From Dipteris shenzhenensis (lineage: Eukaryota), in assembly GCA_047967505.1 (NCBI GenBank), contig CM106538.1: a stretch of 64,000 nt of DNA; one strand, written 5' to 3'. Below are positions 36,695 to 50,349 of the stretch, piece after piece. The first letter of the stretch is position 1; each line of letters begins with the position of its first letter. The notes beneath the pieces are model-generated. The model was given only the letters and a program-made list of their open reading frames with translations, was not told the origin of the DNA and searched no databases. The translations under genes and the position numbers were made by a program.

Positions 36695-37010
36695 ACTAGG
36701 CAATGCCCGTGGTGGCTCAAATGTTTTAAGCAAATGACAATCCAATCTTTGTTCTTGTTGATGCACTCCATCCATGAAAAAAACTCGTCTCGATTCTCAC
36801 CATGTTGTATGAAACTCATGCCAATTCTTGGGATAGAGAGTGCCTTATTGACATTCTTTTATCAATAAGGAATCCCAACCCTTGGGATTAAAGACTTTCC
36901 TGGTACTTTCGGGTTCCCACCACCATGGGGCAAGGGTAATTACCATCTAGTCTTATTTCTTGTTGATGGACACCATCCATGAAAGAAACTCATCCCAATT
37001 TTTACCATGC
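36695..37010 (+). repeat. Inverted copy (one full unit plus a partial unit) of the ~250-bp repeat arrayed at 39988-41133
   Basis: GGCAATGCCCGTGGTGGCTCAAATG...CTTGGGATAGAGAGTGCC...AATCCCAACCCTTGGGAT...CCCACCACCATGGGG is the reverse complement of the array unit. Confidence 0.88.
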
Positions 37011-37199
37011 TTGGCGTGCTTGGTGTTACAAATATTTTAGATAACCCCTATAGGAGTAAAAGCGATTCCACTATGAAATGTCTTAGCAATTTTATCTTAA
37101 TTTATAAATGTAAATTTAAGTTTTTAGTAATGGATTTTTATTGTTTTCATTCTTTGGTTAAGGAGGGTGTCTTATGTAATATGTTTTACAATTTCAAGA

Positions 37200-39980
37200 A
37201 TTTGCAATGGTTGTGCCTATTCATGAGAAATTCATAGATCATGCTTGGTTTATGATGGAGAAGCCAAAGAACTACCACCTTGTTATTACTTCAACGAAAG
37301 TGACAAGTCCCAAATTTTCTAGCCAAGCAATTGGAAGTGCTGGAGTTGTCTTGAAGTTGGATGTATTTCTACACAGGGACTTCATGATAGCCATATGTGA
37401 TGACAACATGAAGGGCCAACGTGTACTAAAGTTGAGGACAAGCTCTAAGAAGTACTTCTTATGAGAAGTGCCAAACTCCGTAAAGTATCCATATATAGGT
37501 GATGCCTTGAGTTCTCTTAAGGCTATATGAGATGCATTACCAGATATTCAGGATGGTCAAGATGGTGGTATACTTGGATCTTCTCAAGATTTTGTACAAC
37601 CTTTACCTTCGGTCCCAACTATCCAAGCGCCACAAGTGTAGACTACAATGAGCAAAAAAAAGAAAAAGACATCGTCAAAGCTGATATGGAAGCTATGGCT
37701 GTCCCTCGAAGAGGAGAAAAAAGGCCTCAACTTGAAAGAATTGACCCAAAAGTAACCCAATTATAGCATGGTGAGAGGTTGGATGATGATGACAGTGATA
37801 GCAAGGATGAAGAAGCTAAAGAAGCCAAGCTTATAGAATCACTACTTGCAGGTACTCTTATAAATGCCAATCTACACTCCGATAGTGATGAAGGGTATAC
37901 ATGGGGATTCTCATAGTATTTAGTGCCAACAACACACATCAATTGAGCTACTTCATTTACCAATTAAACAAAGCTAGATGAAAAGTTTGCAAGAAAGTTA
38001 TATGAGGATGCAAGGCAGGCCAAAAACACCAGCTCCCAGTAATATCATGCTACATCCAATATCATTCAAGAAGCTTGTAAGTGATGATTTAGTGTTGTAT
38101 GATGTATCTTCCCGTATGCATGCAGACTTCTGTACAACATTTCAAGAATTCAAACTGACATTGTTCAAGAAGTAGCACTTTATGAGAGCAGATACAAGGA
38201 TGATGATGAAAAGTATATGCTATCTAGAAATAGATTCCTTGAAAAGTGTAGGTTTGAGCCCATTAATGGGCAACCCTTCTGTGAGGCATGTAGAATTGCA
38301 TTTGAGGAGACCAGAAGAGGAAACTTACCATCCAAGGAGTATATGCAAAAGTTTGCAAGAGTCATCGCTTATATTTGTTTGTTCGAAGATGACTTGAAGT
38401 ATATATTGGAATCCCTCAAGTTCAATAATGAACCTTTTCAAAAGAAGAAGAAGTCAACTCTTTTAGAGGTTCTTCTTAAAGCAAGAGAGTTATGGATTAG
38501 GTGCAAGAAGCCACCCCTCTCAAAGGGTAAGAGACCCACTGTGGAGTACTTAGGAGAGTAGGTGCAATTTTATAGGTGCTTTATAGCTATTGTAAATGAT
38601 GTTCAGCCAAGTCTTGTAGAAGTTACAAGAGCCGTCAATAAATATAGGGATTATACGTGCATTGTATTTCATCTTGAAACAATCTTTCAATGGATGTATG
38701 CATTGCATTTGAATCTGGTACGATATCCTTTGAGTCACCTGAGCATGAGGTAAACAAGAAGCAGAAAGTGATAAAGGTTATGCCAATTATTTGGTGGAGG
38801 CCATTGAGATATAGTACTGACAAAATAGTAGTGAAGTTGGTTTGCCAAAAGTTACTAAATGGAGAATGCTTTTTTGGTAAGAAGAGCAAGCAAGGAGCCT
38901 TGAAGAAATAGTTAACCAGGAAGTAAAGACTAAAGCTGCATATAGAGCATTAAAGTTTTTGCTTCATTCAGATGAAGAGTTGGTGGATCAAAAGTATTAG
39001 GTGGACAAGCAAAAAGCACGTGCGCTAGGAAAAATGGTTGACAAGAACTGGGCCTCGCAATGGATAAAATCATGGGATAAAGATGCAGCACCAACAAAGG
39101 AGCTTCGAGCTAAGATGCCTATTTGCATGGAGTTGATGTATGCACATATAAAGTCAAAAACCATTAAAAACAAGATGCAGCTTCAAGTCCTTAATGAGTC
39201 TTTCATGTTCTCCTATGACATTGCAATGTTTGTCAAAGGGTAATTCAAATTATGTTATTGTCAAGGGAGTCGATACGGAAAGATTTATGGCTACAATGGA
39301 CAGTGAACCTTGGGATAACCCATATGCATTTTTCTTTGATGAACTATAGGATTTGTCAGTGTAGGGGATTGTTTAGCTTATACGAATTGTGATACAAGGC
39401 CCTATGGCAAGACAACCAAGAGCAACATTTGTCATGTTTATCACAGATTCACAGCGAGATGCATTGCTTGCTAGTTTGAAATCTGCATTTAGGGGTGTCA
39501 TTGGAAAGATGTTGCATGGTATGGTTTTGTGGCATGAGCATAGTTATCATGGTGACACTGGCATCTAAATCTTGCAACCCTTGATGGTTGCATTTATGCA
39601 TAGGGGTGATGGTCCATTATTTGAAGTTCCCCAAAGACTCTTCATCTCTTGTTCCAAGAGAGAGAAACATTAAAAATAGTCTCCCCTTCTCTTAATTATC
39701 GACATCCAAAGCATCCTTCTCTGATAAAAGAGATAGTAGAAGCATATCGGTTGAAAGGTTGGAATGTAGCATTGTATGGAATGAGGTTAGTTGCAGAGAC
39801 TATATTACGAAAAGGAATTGATGTGGTTGTCATTGATGCCCTCCATCAGATTCAGTACTTTGATACTTACTTCAATTGCATGCCTACATTCTATGATAAA
39901 GAGGAAGGGAGCTCAGATGTGGAATCAAGCAAAAAAGTGCAGCATGGCTCAAGTGAGAAAGTGGTAGAAAATGTAGACTC
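37200..39980 (+). pseudogene. Long decayed ORF of unknown family, possibly with ParB-like and methyltransferase-like segments
   Basis: Chain of co-oriented ORF fragments (37207, 37978, 38217, 38690, 39001, 39649). Motifs RFEPINGQPFCEA and RHPKHPSLIKEIVEAYRLKGWNV. The domain identity is inference. Confidence 0.5.
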
Positions 39981-39987
39981 TACTACT

Positions 39988-41133
39988 CGTGGTGGTGGAA
40001 ACCTGAAAGTATCGGGGAAAGTCTTTATCCCAAGGTTTGGGATTCCTTGTTGATAAAAGAATATCCAACAAGGCACTCTCTATCCCAAGAGTTAGGATGA
40101 GATTCATGAAGCATGGTAAGAATCTGGATGAGTTTCTGTAATGGATGGTGTCCATCAACAAGGCAAGAAGATTGGATTAGAGATTATCTAAAACATTTGA
40201 ACCACTACGGGCATTGCCTAGTGCAATGACCCCTACCCCATGGTGGTGGGAACCCGAAAGTACCGAGAAACTCTTTATCCCAAGGGTTGGGATTCCTTGT
40301 TGAGATAAAAGAATATCAACAAAGCACTCTCTATCCCAAGAATTGGGATGAGTTTCATACAGCATGGTGAGAATCGAGACAAGTTTCTTTCATGGATGGA
40401 GTGCATCAACAAGAAGCAAGATTGGATTGTAATTTGCCTAAAACATTTGAGCCACCACGTGCATTGCCTATTGCAATGACCCCTACCCCATGGTGGTGGG
40501 GACTCAGAAGTACTAGGAAAGTCTTTAACCCAAGGGTTGGGATTCCTTGTTGATAAAAGAATATCAACAAGGCACTCTCTATCCCAAGAGTTGGGATGAG
40601 TTTCATGAAGCATGGTAAGAATCTAGATGAGTTTCTGTAATGAATGGTGTCCATCAACAAGGCAAGAGGATTGGATTACAGTTTATCTAACACATTTGAA
40701 CCACCACGAGCATTGCCTAATGTAATGGCCCCTACCCCATGGTGGTGGGAGAACCTGGAAGTCCCAGGAAAGTCTTTATCCCAAGGGTTGGGATTCCTTA
40801 TTGTTGATAAAAGAATATCAACAACAAGGCACTCTCTATCCCAAGAGTTGGGATGAGTTTCATGAAGCATGGTAAGAATCTGGATGAGTTTTTGTAATGG
40901 ATAGTGTCCATCAACAAGGCAAGAAGATTGGATTATAGTTTTTCTAAAACATTTGAACCACCACGCACATTGCCTATTCCAATGACTCTTATCCCGTGGT
41001 GGTGGGAACCCGAAAGTATCGGGAAAGTCTTTATCCCAAGGGTTAGGATTGCTTACTGATAAAAGAGTATCAACAAGGCACTCTCTATCCCAAGAGTTGG
41101 GATGAGTTTCATGAAGCGTGGTAAGAATCTGGA
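39988..41133 (+). repeat. Tandem array of ~250-bp units (about 4.6 copies) with internal palindromes
   Basis: Unit starts C(A/G)TGGTGGTGG at about 39988, 40239, 40489, 40738 and 40995. Each unit has two ATCCCAA-N3-TTGGGAT dyads, some imperfect. Confidence 0.92.
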
Positions 41134-41134
41134 T

Positions 41135-42300
41135 ATAAATAGATTAACTTAATATAAATTGATTAACTTAAATTAAATATATAAACTTAACTAATTTAAA
41201 TCGATTAACTTAAATTAAATAGATTAGCTTAAATAAATTTAAAATGATTTAAATTAATTCAAATAGATTAACTCTAATTAAATATATTAATTTAAATAGA
41301 TTAAATCAAATTAAATATATTAATTTAATTAATTTAAATAGATTAGCTTAAATTCATTCAAATCTACTAACTTAAATTAAATAGACTAATTCAATTTATT
41401 TAGATAGATTAAATTTATTTAAGATAACAAATTTCTTTTATTTAATTAATTAAATTTAGGCAATTACCTTAAATTAACTAATTTAAATAGATTAACTGAT
41501 CTTAATTTAATATTTAAATAGATTAAATTTATTCACTTTAATTAATTTAAATAGATTAAATAAATTACCTTATATTAATTTGTTAATTATTTTAATTTAT
41601 TAATTAGTTATTTATTTATTTTAAATCATTAACTTAAATTAATTTAAATTAACTAATTTTAGTAGATTAACTAATCTCAATTTAATATGTAATTTGTCTT
41701 TAATTTATTAATTGACTTTAGTCAATTAAATTAAATTGATTATCAAATTAATTGGGCAATTAATTTGATATATTAGTTAATCTAATTTAGTCGATTAACT
41801 AGTTAAATAGATTAGCTTAAATTGATTTAAATCTACTAACTTAAATTAAGTAGACTATTTTAATTTATTGAAATAAATTAAATTTATTTAAGATAATTAA
41901 TTTCTTCTATTTAATTAATTAATTTAAATAAATTACCTTAAATTTATTGGTTAATTTATTTGATTTATGAATCAATCATTTATTTATTTAGTTAATTTAA
42001 ATCAATTACCTTAAATTAACTAATTTAAATAAATTAACTTATCTTAATTTAATATTTGAATAGATTAGATTTATTCACTTTAATCAATTTAAATTGATTA
42101 AATAAATTACCTTATATTAATTTGTTAATTAATTTAATTTATTAATTAGTTATTTATTTATTTATTTTAAATTATTAACTTAAATAAACTAATTTTAGTA
42201 GATTAACTAATCTTAATTTAATATGTAATTAGTCTTTTCTAATCTAATAATTTATTAATTGACTTATCTTAATTTTAACTTAACTTAAATTGAGTTCAAC
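41135..42300. repeat. Extremely AT-rich low-complexity block with internal duplication
   Basis: Almost only A/T with recurring AAATAGATTAACTTAAATT. About 41335-41720 resembles 41805-42260. Confidence 0.85.
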
Positions 42301-42720
42301 GATAGGATTTTTTAAAAAATACTTTTACATCTTGATTTTTTTCTTAATTTTATACCATTAAATTAGGGTTTAGGGTTTTAATTTAAAAACAAGGAAATAT
42401 CCAAAACACAAGAAGCATGTTTTATGCTTTTAATACTCATGCATGATGCATGGTTTCAAGTAAGTGAACAAGGAAATATGCATGTCCAACTGTGTAAATT
42501 ATATTCCAGGTGTTCGATACTTTGCACAAGTGTCTGATACTTTGCATAGGTGTATGATACTTTGCACATGCCTTAATCTTACTAAAGTTAGGCTTGTGCT
42601 TGTGCAAAGCATCATGTCTATCAAAGATACATACATAGGTTAGAAACACACCCTTGCATAATTCATGGGAAGAAAGATGAGTACGAGGACCTATATACGA
42701 GTTAGAGACATGCTCCACTG

Positions 42721-42722
<2 letters not shown>

Positions 42723-42760
<38 letters not shown>
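42723..42760. repeat. (CT)n microsatellite
   Basis: About 19 TC units. Confidence 0.95.
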
Positions 42761-42763
<3 letters not shown>

Positions 42764-43244
42764 ATCCCCATGTGGAAGCAACATGTACAGTTGCAGAGTG
42801 TCAGAGTTCCAAATGGATGTTTTAAATCTTAATATATGCTAATATAATGAAACCTTAATATATTTGAAAATAAATATCCCTATTTAATACTAAACAAATC
42901 TAATTAAATCTTAATTTATATGGAAAATAAATATCCCTATTTAATACTAAATAAATTTATTTAAATCTTAATTTATGATTTTTTAAAAATTACAATATAT
43001 ACTTTGCATCTTAATATATCATACTATATTAAAATATTAATATATTTTAATTAGCTATAATAAATATTAAATTTAAATCCTAATTCAAATACTTTTAAAT
43101 AAATAGATATTAACTAAATATATTATTTGTCTTTAGATTTTAGGGTTAGGGTTTAGATCTTAAACACTTTAGTTATTTTAAAAGAAATTAAATTATATTT
43201 TTTATTTTCATTTCTAAATTAAATGATCTTTGTTTTCAATGCAG

Positions 43245-46200
43245 GATTTCACTCTTGAAGAGGGTTTAGATGTGGTATTGTATAGAAAAAATGAAGTGGT
43301 TGCCTTTGGGCAAATACAAAGTCTTGATTCCATAAGCTTGTGTCAGTTTCAACATTGTGGTGAGAAAAGGTGTGTGATAATAATCACTAAGGTGATTCAC
43401 CCCAAAGTGGATTTGAAGTATCTGCAAGGAGATTTTGAAACACTTGATGACTTACTAGAATGTCAAATTATTGACATATAAGCACAATGACTCCTTTGGG
43501 ATTGGGATGAGATCATCCCAAAGTCTCTTCTTCATGCTCATGATATTGCATTTTAAACCTTTCTTGAGGGAGAAAAGGTTGATATTTTGTCTTGGTTAGG
43601 AGTACTAGGAGTTGGCACATTTATGGGCTATGCTCACAATATACTTTGCATGATCAAGGTTATTAAGTTAACAAGCGAAGGAATTATTCAAAGTGTAATG
43701 GATGGTGAATCACAGTTACAGTTGTAGAATACTATCACTTGGGGGGTAGCGTTCATGAAATCCCATGTGTTTAAAAAGGTATCTTTCAATGTGATGGATG
43801 ACACGTCTAATGTACTACCCAAATAATAGAAGACGACACTTAAAGGGCACCCAAACTGAAAGTAATGTGCTAATAGAAAGCAATGATGCTGGTCATGAAG
43901 TGATTACTGGAATAGAGGATATTGATGATATTTTTAGGATAAGCGATGCAGTAACAGGGGTCAATGATAAAGTTAGTGATACTAGTCATGAAGTGCTTAC
44001 TGGAATAGAGGATATTGATGCTGTTTGTGGGACAAGCGATGCAGTAACAAGAGTCAAGGATAATTTTAGTGATATTGGTCATGAAGCACTTACAAGAGTA
44101 GAGGTTATCGATGCCATTTATGGAATAAGCAAGGCAATAACTGGGATTGATGATAATAATGATATTGGCCATGAAGTTCTCACTAGGCTGGAAGACATAG
44201 ATGCAATTTGTGGGACACAGATTGGTTCAGACATTGTTTCAGACATTGGTCATCATGTTCACACTAAAATGGAGCCGCTTCAACAACGTACTTTTGGATT
44301 GAAACTATTGGCTTCAATGAACTCAATGTCTAAAAGATTGCCATTTTCAAGGTATTACAGATCAACAAATAGTTCTCAAGGCCATTCCACATTTGACTTC
44401 ACAAATGAAAATGCAGGAGAAATGCAGTCTTAAATGGACAACGATGTCATGTCAAATAGGAAAAGAGATCTGCTAGGCTCAAAAAGAAAGCAAGTGTTAA
44501 GAGGCGACGAATCATGGCACCAATTCCAAAACCCAAGAGGCATGTAATGCTATCCAAACAGAATATACAAGAAACTATAATGAAAGTCTGCTACAAGAAA
44601 CTTTGCCTTAGAAGAGTTACAAAGGAAGATTATGAGGCTATACGTGTAGGTATTTAGAGCAAGACAAGGCCAAATAGACATAATCATCTTCTTCAAAAGT
44701 TTTCTTGCTTCCTTCAACAACCTAAAGACATCTTAAAGACAACGCTATGCAAACCTCGGTTGATGCCAATGGTTAATGAACTAGTCATATGTAACCGAGG
44801 ATACCAGGTGTTAGGTGGATTATCACATGGTACCTACTAGGGCTTATGGGCAGAGGTCAAAGATAAGGTGATTCATAGAGTTCATGGAAATGTGTGCAAG
44901 TTAGTAGGACAAAGAAGCACCTTGAATACAGCCGTAACTTTAAAGCAAATCCTTGGAGACAATGCATTGCCACAACCTCATCTTCCACAAACAATGCCAG
45001 ATGGAAGTGTCATGTGCCGACATCATCCTCCTTTAGGAATGACAAAGAAGGTGGTGCTAGAGTCCATTAACAAAACATTACAAGATAGAGAAGAGAGCAA
45101 AATTTCTAGAGCTACTTTTTACAAAATTTGGCGTGGGCAATTTTGCAATGTGAAGACTCCATCAAAGCAAAGAATGTTAAAATGCAAGACATGTGATGAA
45201 TTGAAAAATGCCGTTGGGCACATTAAATGCGAGAAATGTCAAGAAAAATATATAAGATGGAGAGAAATCCATTCACGTCATGTGCAAGATGCTAGAATGG
45301 TGTATCCTTCTTGGAGGAAGGAAGCTATTTCAGATATCAAGAAGTCTATGTGCATCACCATTGATGGCATGGATCAAAATACAACAACTTTGCCTACATT
45401 CAGACACACCCCACCTCCATTGGAGGGTAAACGTGGACTTAAAACACACTTGTGTGGAGTATTAGTACATGGATTCTGACTCTTTTGTGATCTATGGATT
45501 GATTGCTTGCATGAACATGATAGTACCCAAGTAGCAACATCCATCATGAAAGCAATGCGAAAGGTCAAGGATGCACATGGACGTTTACCTCGCATCTTGC
45601 ATATGTAGGCTGATAATTGCTAGAGAGAAAATAAGAATAGATACATTTTTTCTTTGTGCTCTATGCTAGTTGGTTTGGAAATATTTGAACAAGTGGAAGT
45701 CGATTTTCTTCTTGTCAGCCATACACACGAAGACATAGATCAAATATTTAGCGTTATCTCTGGCGGGTTGAAGTCCAGGGATGTTTTGACAATGGATGAC
45801 ATGAAACATAGAATTGGGAAAAAAATCGGAGGTTCTCAAAAGGAAGAGCCAGAAGTGGCTATCTTGGAGAGGATGGTAGAGTGGAGAGCATTCATAGAGC
45901 CTCATTTAAAACGAGGAGATGATGCACTATGTGGACACACAAATCCACACTACTTCTGGTTTAGCATGCATGACAACACTCCAATGATGCAGTGGAAGTA
46001 CTACTCAGTGGACACAAATCATTTATGGAGTGTGCCATATGCATTACTAGAACGAATAATCCCCTTGGAGGAGATTCCATTAGTTCTCACAAAAAACAAA
46101 GCATTGGACATGGATGAAATGAAAGGCTTGCAAGCATTCATTTCTCATGTTAGGAGTATGATGCAAAAATATCCAGAGCAGTCTAAGAAAAATATGGAGA

Positions 46201-46960
46201 TAATCACGGCAAACGAATCTCTTCTTAAATATCTAAAAGAGCAAGAAAATTTACCGAGCATAGAATACTCAGATCTATTTTGGCCGCAACAAATTGAATC
46301 AAGAGAAGATTTTGCATTTGCTAGAGAGTCCACTACAGCTGAAGATATGGAAGACGCTAAGCAATGCCTTTTGCATCTTAAATTTTGTGGTAGGAAGGGT
46401 GATAAGCCATTGCCAGAGTTTGTACCATTCAATGAAATCCAAGAGGGACTTTTTGTTGCCATTTGTGCAATAGATCCAAATTCGAATCAGAGTTGGATGA
46501 CCAAGGGGGACCAATTTGGGTTGCAAAGGTTGCTCAGATAGCAAGGGATGAAATGGGAATCCCTAGCACATTCATAGCATTATGGTATGAACCCAAACCA
46601 TTAAAAAATCTCCTAAAGAGGTATACCATGAAACAGCTTTATGAGGGTTGTTTGGAAAAGAAACAGGAATAGGTTCCAAATAAAGAGAGCTTGGCTGAAG
46701 TGGAGGTGAGTAGCATCATCCATTGTTGGAAATCAAGGACTCGAAATCTTAAAAAGAAGCATGGGTATGATGTGGAAAAAAGTATCACGATCCCTGACAG
46801 CAACCTCGCACATATCAAACATTGTTTGGGTAGACTTGATCCGACTAAAGATGCAGTAACAAAGTCTAATGACTCAGAAAGAGATTCCGAAGCAAAGAGC
46901 AAATATGTCCCTATGTGGCGGTCCTCTCTCGGTGATCTTATACATCATTTTCCAACATAG
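43245..46960 (+). pseudogene. Sola1-like transposase gene, decayed, with N-terminal ~33-aa tandem repeats
   Basis: FYKIWRGQF..VKTP...CKTCDEL; CITIDGMDQNTT; ADNC*RENKNRY; FLLVSHTHEDIDQIFS; C-terminal PIWVAKV...ALWYEPK. Repeats like DIGHEVLTGIEDIDAICG at 43885-44240. Acceptor-like TTTCAATGCAG at 43244. Confidence 0.8.
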
Positions 46961-47599
46961 TGTATCTTTACACCACCTCTATGTTGATATGAACACTCTT
47001 GAATTCTATCTATTAATATTCAGTTTAAATTAAGAAATTAATTATTAATTAATCAAAAAACTAGTTAGTATTAATTAATAATTAATAAAATAATAAAAAT
47101 TAGTAGAAATTAATAATTAAAGAATTAATTATGAATCTAAAAAATAACTAAAATTTAGCTAGTAATAGAAGGCTCAAGCATTAGGTGGACATGTAGGGAT
47201 CAAGCCCTATGTGGCCACATATTAAGGGGTGTGTCACATGTGGCCCCCTCACATTCACTTTCTCACTCACTATACGCAAGCACCTTTGCTTCCACATATC
47301 ATAATTTGTAGAGATAGATATATATAGTGTTCTAAAAAAAACATTTTTTGAGTCTAATAGGTCAATATCAAGTGGAGGTGATTGGGTTGGGAAAAAAAGT
47401 CCAAAACAAGAGAAAATGTCCAAAAATTATGAATATTGTGTTGTTCTCTTTCTCCTCCCAACACTTTTGGCTACAATTGAAAAAGGGAGTGTGTTATTCC
47501 ATGAAGAACAAGTAAAATGGCTACACATTTACCAAGAATAAGAGCTACACCAACAATAAGGAAAAGGACAAACAAAAGACTAAGACTTGGATTGTCAAA

Positions 47600-49692
47600 G
47601 ATCATAAACAAAAGATCCAGTGGCTTCTCAAGAAGAATCCAACTTTATTTCAAATCAATATTGGTCTTTTTAAGCCTAGTGTGTGTGGTCAATAAGGGTT
47701 CTCTACCTTGAATGTCCCCCTTAAATGATTGTTAATCTTATGTGTGAGATTCACCTTGTCAGACCTCTGGGAACTTCCCATGCCATAGTCATTATTCAGT
47801 CTCCCAATTGTAAACCAAAAGACCAAATATCATGTTGGGGTGAGGATTCCCAAATGAGTCTACTGCTGATGCAGCTAGAGTGGGTGCCAGGTTGGGATCA
47901 TGAGTGTTGTCACTAGAGCTAGGCAAGCCATGAAGTTTCCCATGGGGCTACTGCTAGGGTTGAGGTCATCAATTTGTGGGGGGGTATGTTAGGACAAATT
48001 CATTAATGGGTTTATACCAAGGGGTACACGATCAATGTGTGCTTTTGCCTAAGTTAGGTGTGGCTAATGATGTGTCAGTCAGTAGGTTGTGATTGAGTGA
48101 ATCTAGGAGTGTGGTGTGATCGAGAAATCAATGGAGAAATTAGTGGAGCTTGGCTCTCATGTATGTATCAAGTGCCTATATATTGGACTTCTCTCATGAA
48201 TAAAGGACAAGCATTGTTTTGGTTGTTCCACTCCCATCTTGCTGCTTAGCCATGTTCCAACAGAGTTTGTACCCTCCACTTTTGGGAATGCTATTCTAAG
48301 AATCCCTATTGATAGAGCATCCCCCTTTGAAGGTGTAGGGGTTATTTCTACCATGGATTTTCATCACCTTGGTAGGAAGGAGTCTACCCAAGAGAGGTTT
48401 GTTTCAGCTAGCAAGTCAGCTAAGGTGTTCCATTAAACTTCCTTGCACTGATGAGGACTATTAGTTGGAACATACAAGGCCTTGGTGGTGTGCCACATCA
48501 CCACCATAGGCAGTTGATTTGTAATTATCTCCATCTAGATGTTACTGGGGTCCCCACTGATATTATTTTTGTTTAGGACCACAAAGTGGATGCCAGAGAT
48601 TAGTCAGGCAAAATTCTTTTAGGACACACCTTTTGGTCACCTCCCTTCGGCACTAGGGGAGGTACATGCATTTCAATTTTGTAGTCTTTTTCCCCCTTGG
48701 TTAATAGACACAGGGTGATCATTCATTCCAGATCTTAGTAAATTATTCTCATGATTGGGGACATAAAGTTGGATTTCTCAACCTTTATACCCCAACAATA
48801 AAGGGGACTGTGTCCTTATGTAAAAGGAGTTTCTCTCTTCGGCCCCCATTGCAGCTTCTTGGATTATTGGAGGTGACTTCAACATGGTTGAGCTGCCTTC
48901 ATATAAGAAAAAGGGTAGACACAGAGGCATTCACTCCTTGAAGAGAGTAGCTTGAAATTCTTTCTTGTTTCATTTTAGTGGCAAAGATGCTTGGTTTAAC
49001 ACTTATTTCATTAATTTTGGACTCCAAAGTTTACATTTGGACTTATCCTAAAAATCCTTCTCAAATGGAAAGTTTACTTTATGAGGTGGTGTGCCATATC
49101 ACCACCATAGGCAGTTGATTTGTAATCAGCTCCATCCAGGTGTTATTGGGGTCCCCACTAGTATTCTTTTTGTTTAGGACCACAAATTGGATGCCAGAGA
49201 TTGTGCCAAGTCAGACAAAATTCGTTTAAGACACACCTTTTGGTCACCTACCTTGGGCACTAAGGGAGGTACATGCATTTCAATTTTGTAGTCTTTTTCC
49301 CCCTTGGTTGATAGACACAGGGTGATCATTCATTCTAGATCTTAGTAAATTATTCTCATGATTGGGGAACATAAAGTTGGATTTCTCAACCTTTACACCC
49401 CAACAATAAAGGGGACTATGTCCTTATGTAAAAGGAGTTTCTCTCTTTGGCCCCCATTGTAGCTTCTTGGATTATTGGAGGTGACTTCAACATGGTTGAG
49501 CTGCCTTCAGATAAGAAAAGGGGTAGACGGCCAGGCATTCACTCCTTGAAGAGAGTAGCCTGAAATTCTTTCTTGTTTCATTTTAGTGGCACAGATGCTT
49601 GGTTTAACACTTATTCCATTAATTTTGGACTCCAGAGTCTACATTTGGACTAATCCTAAAAATCCTTCTCAAATGGAAAGTTTACTTTATGA
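47600..49692 (+). mobile_element. L1-type LINE remnant (AP-endonuclease region) with a ~600-bp tandem duplication
   Basis: FLNLYTP and WIIGGDFNMVE motifs occur twice. 48484-49084 is repeated at 49085-49692. The 5' limit is approximate. Confidence 0.8.
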
Positions 49693-50349
49693 AAATATCA
49701 TTCGAGAATCAAAGTTTACTTTCTGGCACTAACATTTCACATAATAAATTTCACAATATATCTCTACAATGTTGCACTAATAATGCAAAAACTACTATTA
49801 AATCCTAATTTTGTATTTCTTATCTTTAAGAATCCTATTCATGTTTAAAAAATTCCTTGAGTTATTATTTTAAATCCATGAAATATCACTTAATACAAAA
49901 TAAAGAATTATTAAATTAATCTAATCCGTGCAACTGCACATAAAATTAAATGCCAAAAACTAGGAGAAAACTATAACACTCTTGAAGATTCAAGAAATTA
50001 AAAGGTTATATAGACAAGAGACATGGAAGACTCTTTTGTACTCTAAAAAATAGCAATAGTTACACTTGCAATTTTACATTGTCATAAGTTTACAAGAAAT
50101 ATTGCTCTAGAATAGTCTTTGTACAAAGGAGTCTGTCACGGCCTTTTCAATAATTTAATTCTATCTTTACAATGAGTTAAGTACAAATGGGCAATCCTAA
50201 CATTTGCTTGTTTGAATGTCTCATTCGTCATCACTTGTCATTTGGGTGCCATCTTCATTCACTCTCATCTGACCACAGCCACCTTCAATCTTTATTGATG
50301 CTTAAATGGTGTTATCATGGGCATTCTTCATTTGCGCTATCTCCTTCTA

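Noticed and set aside
39988-41133. CRISPR-like array
   Set aside because: Whole 250-bp units are homologous with no unique spacers, there are no cas genes, and the context is eukaryotic.
42363-42380. Chromosome end or telomere
   Set aside because: Only 2-3 TTTAGGG units, interstitial and surrounded by TE sequence.
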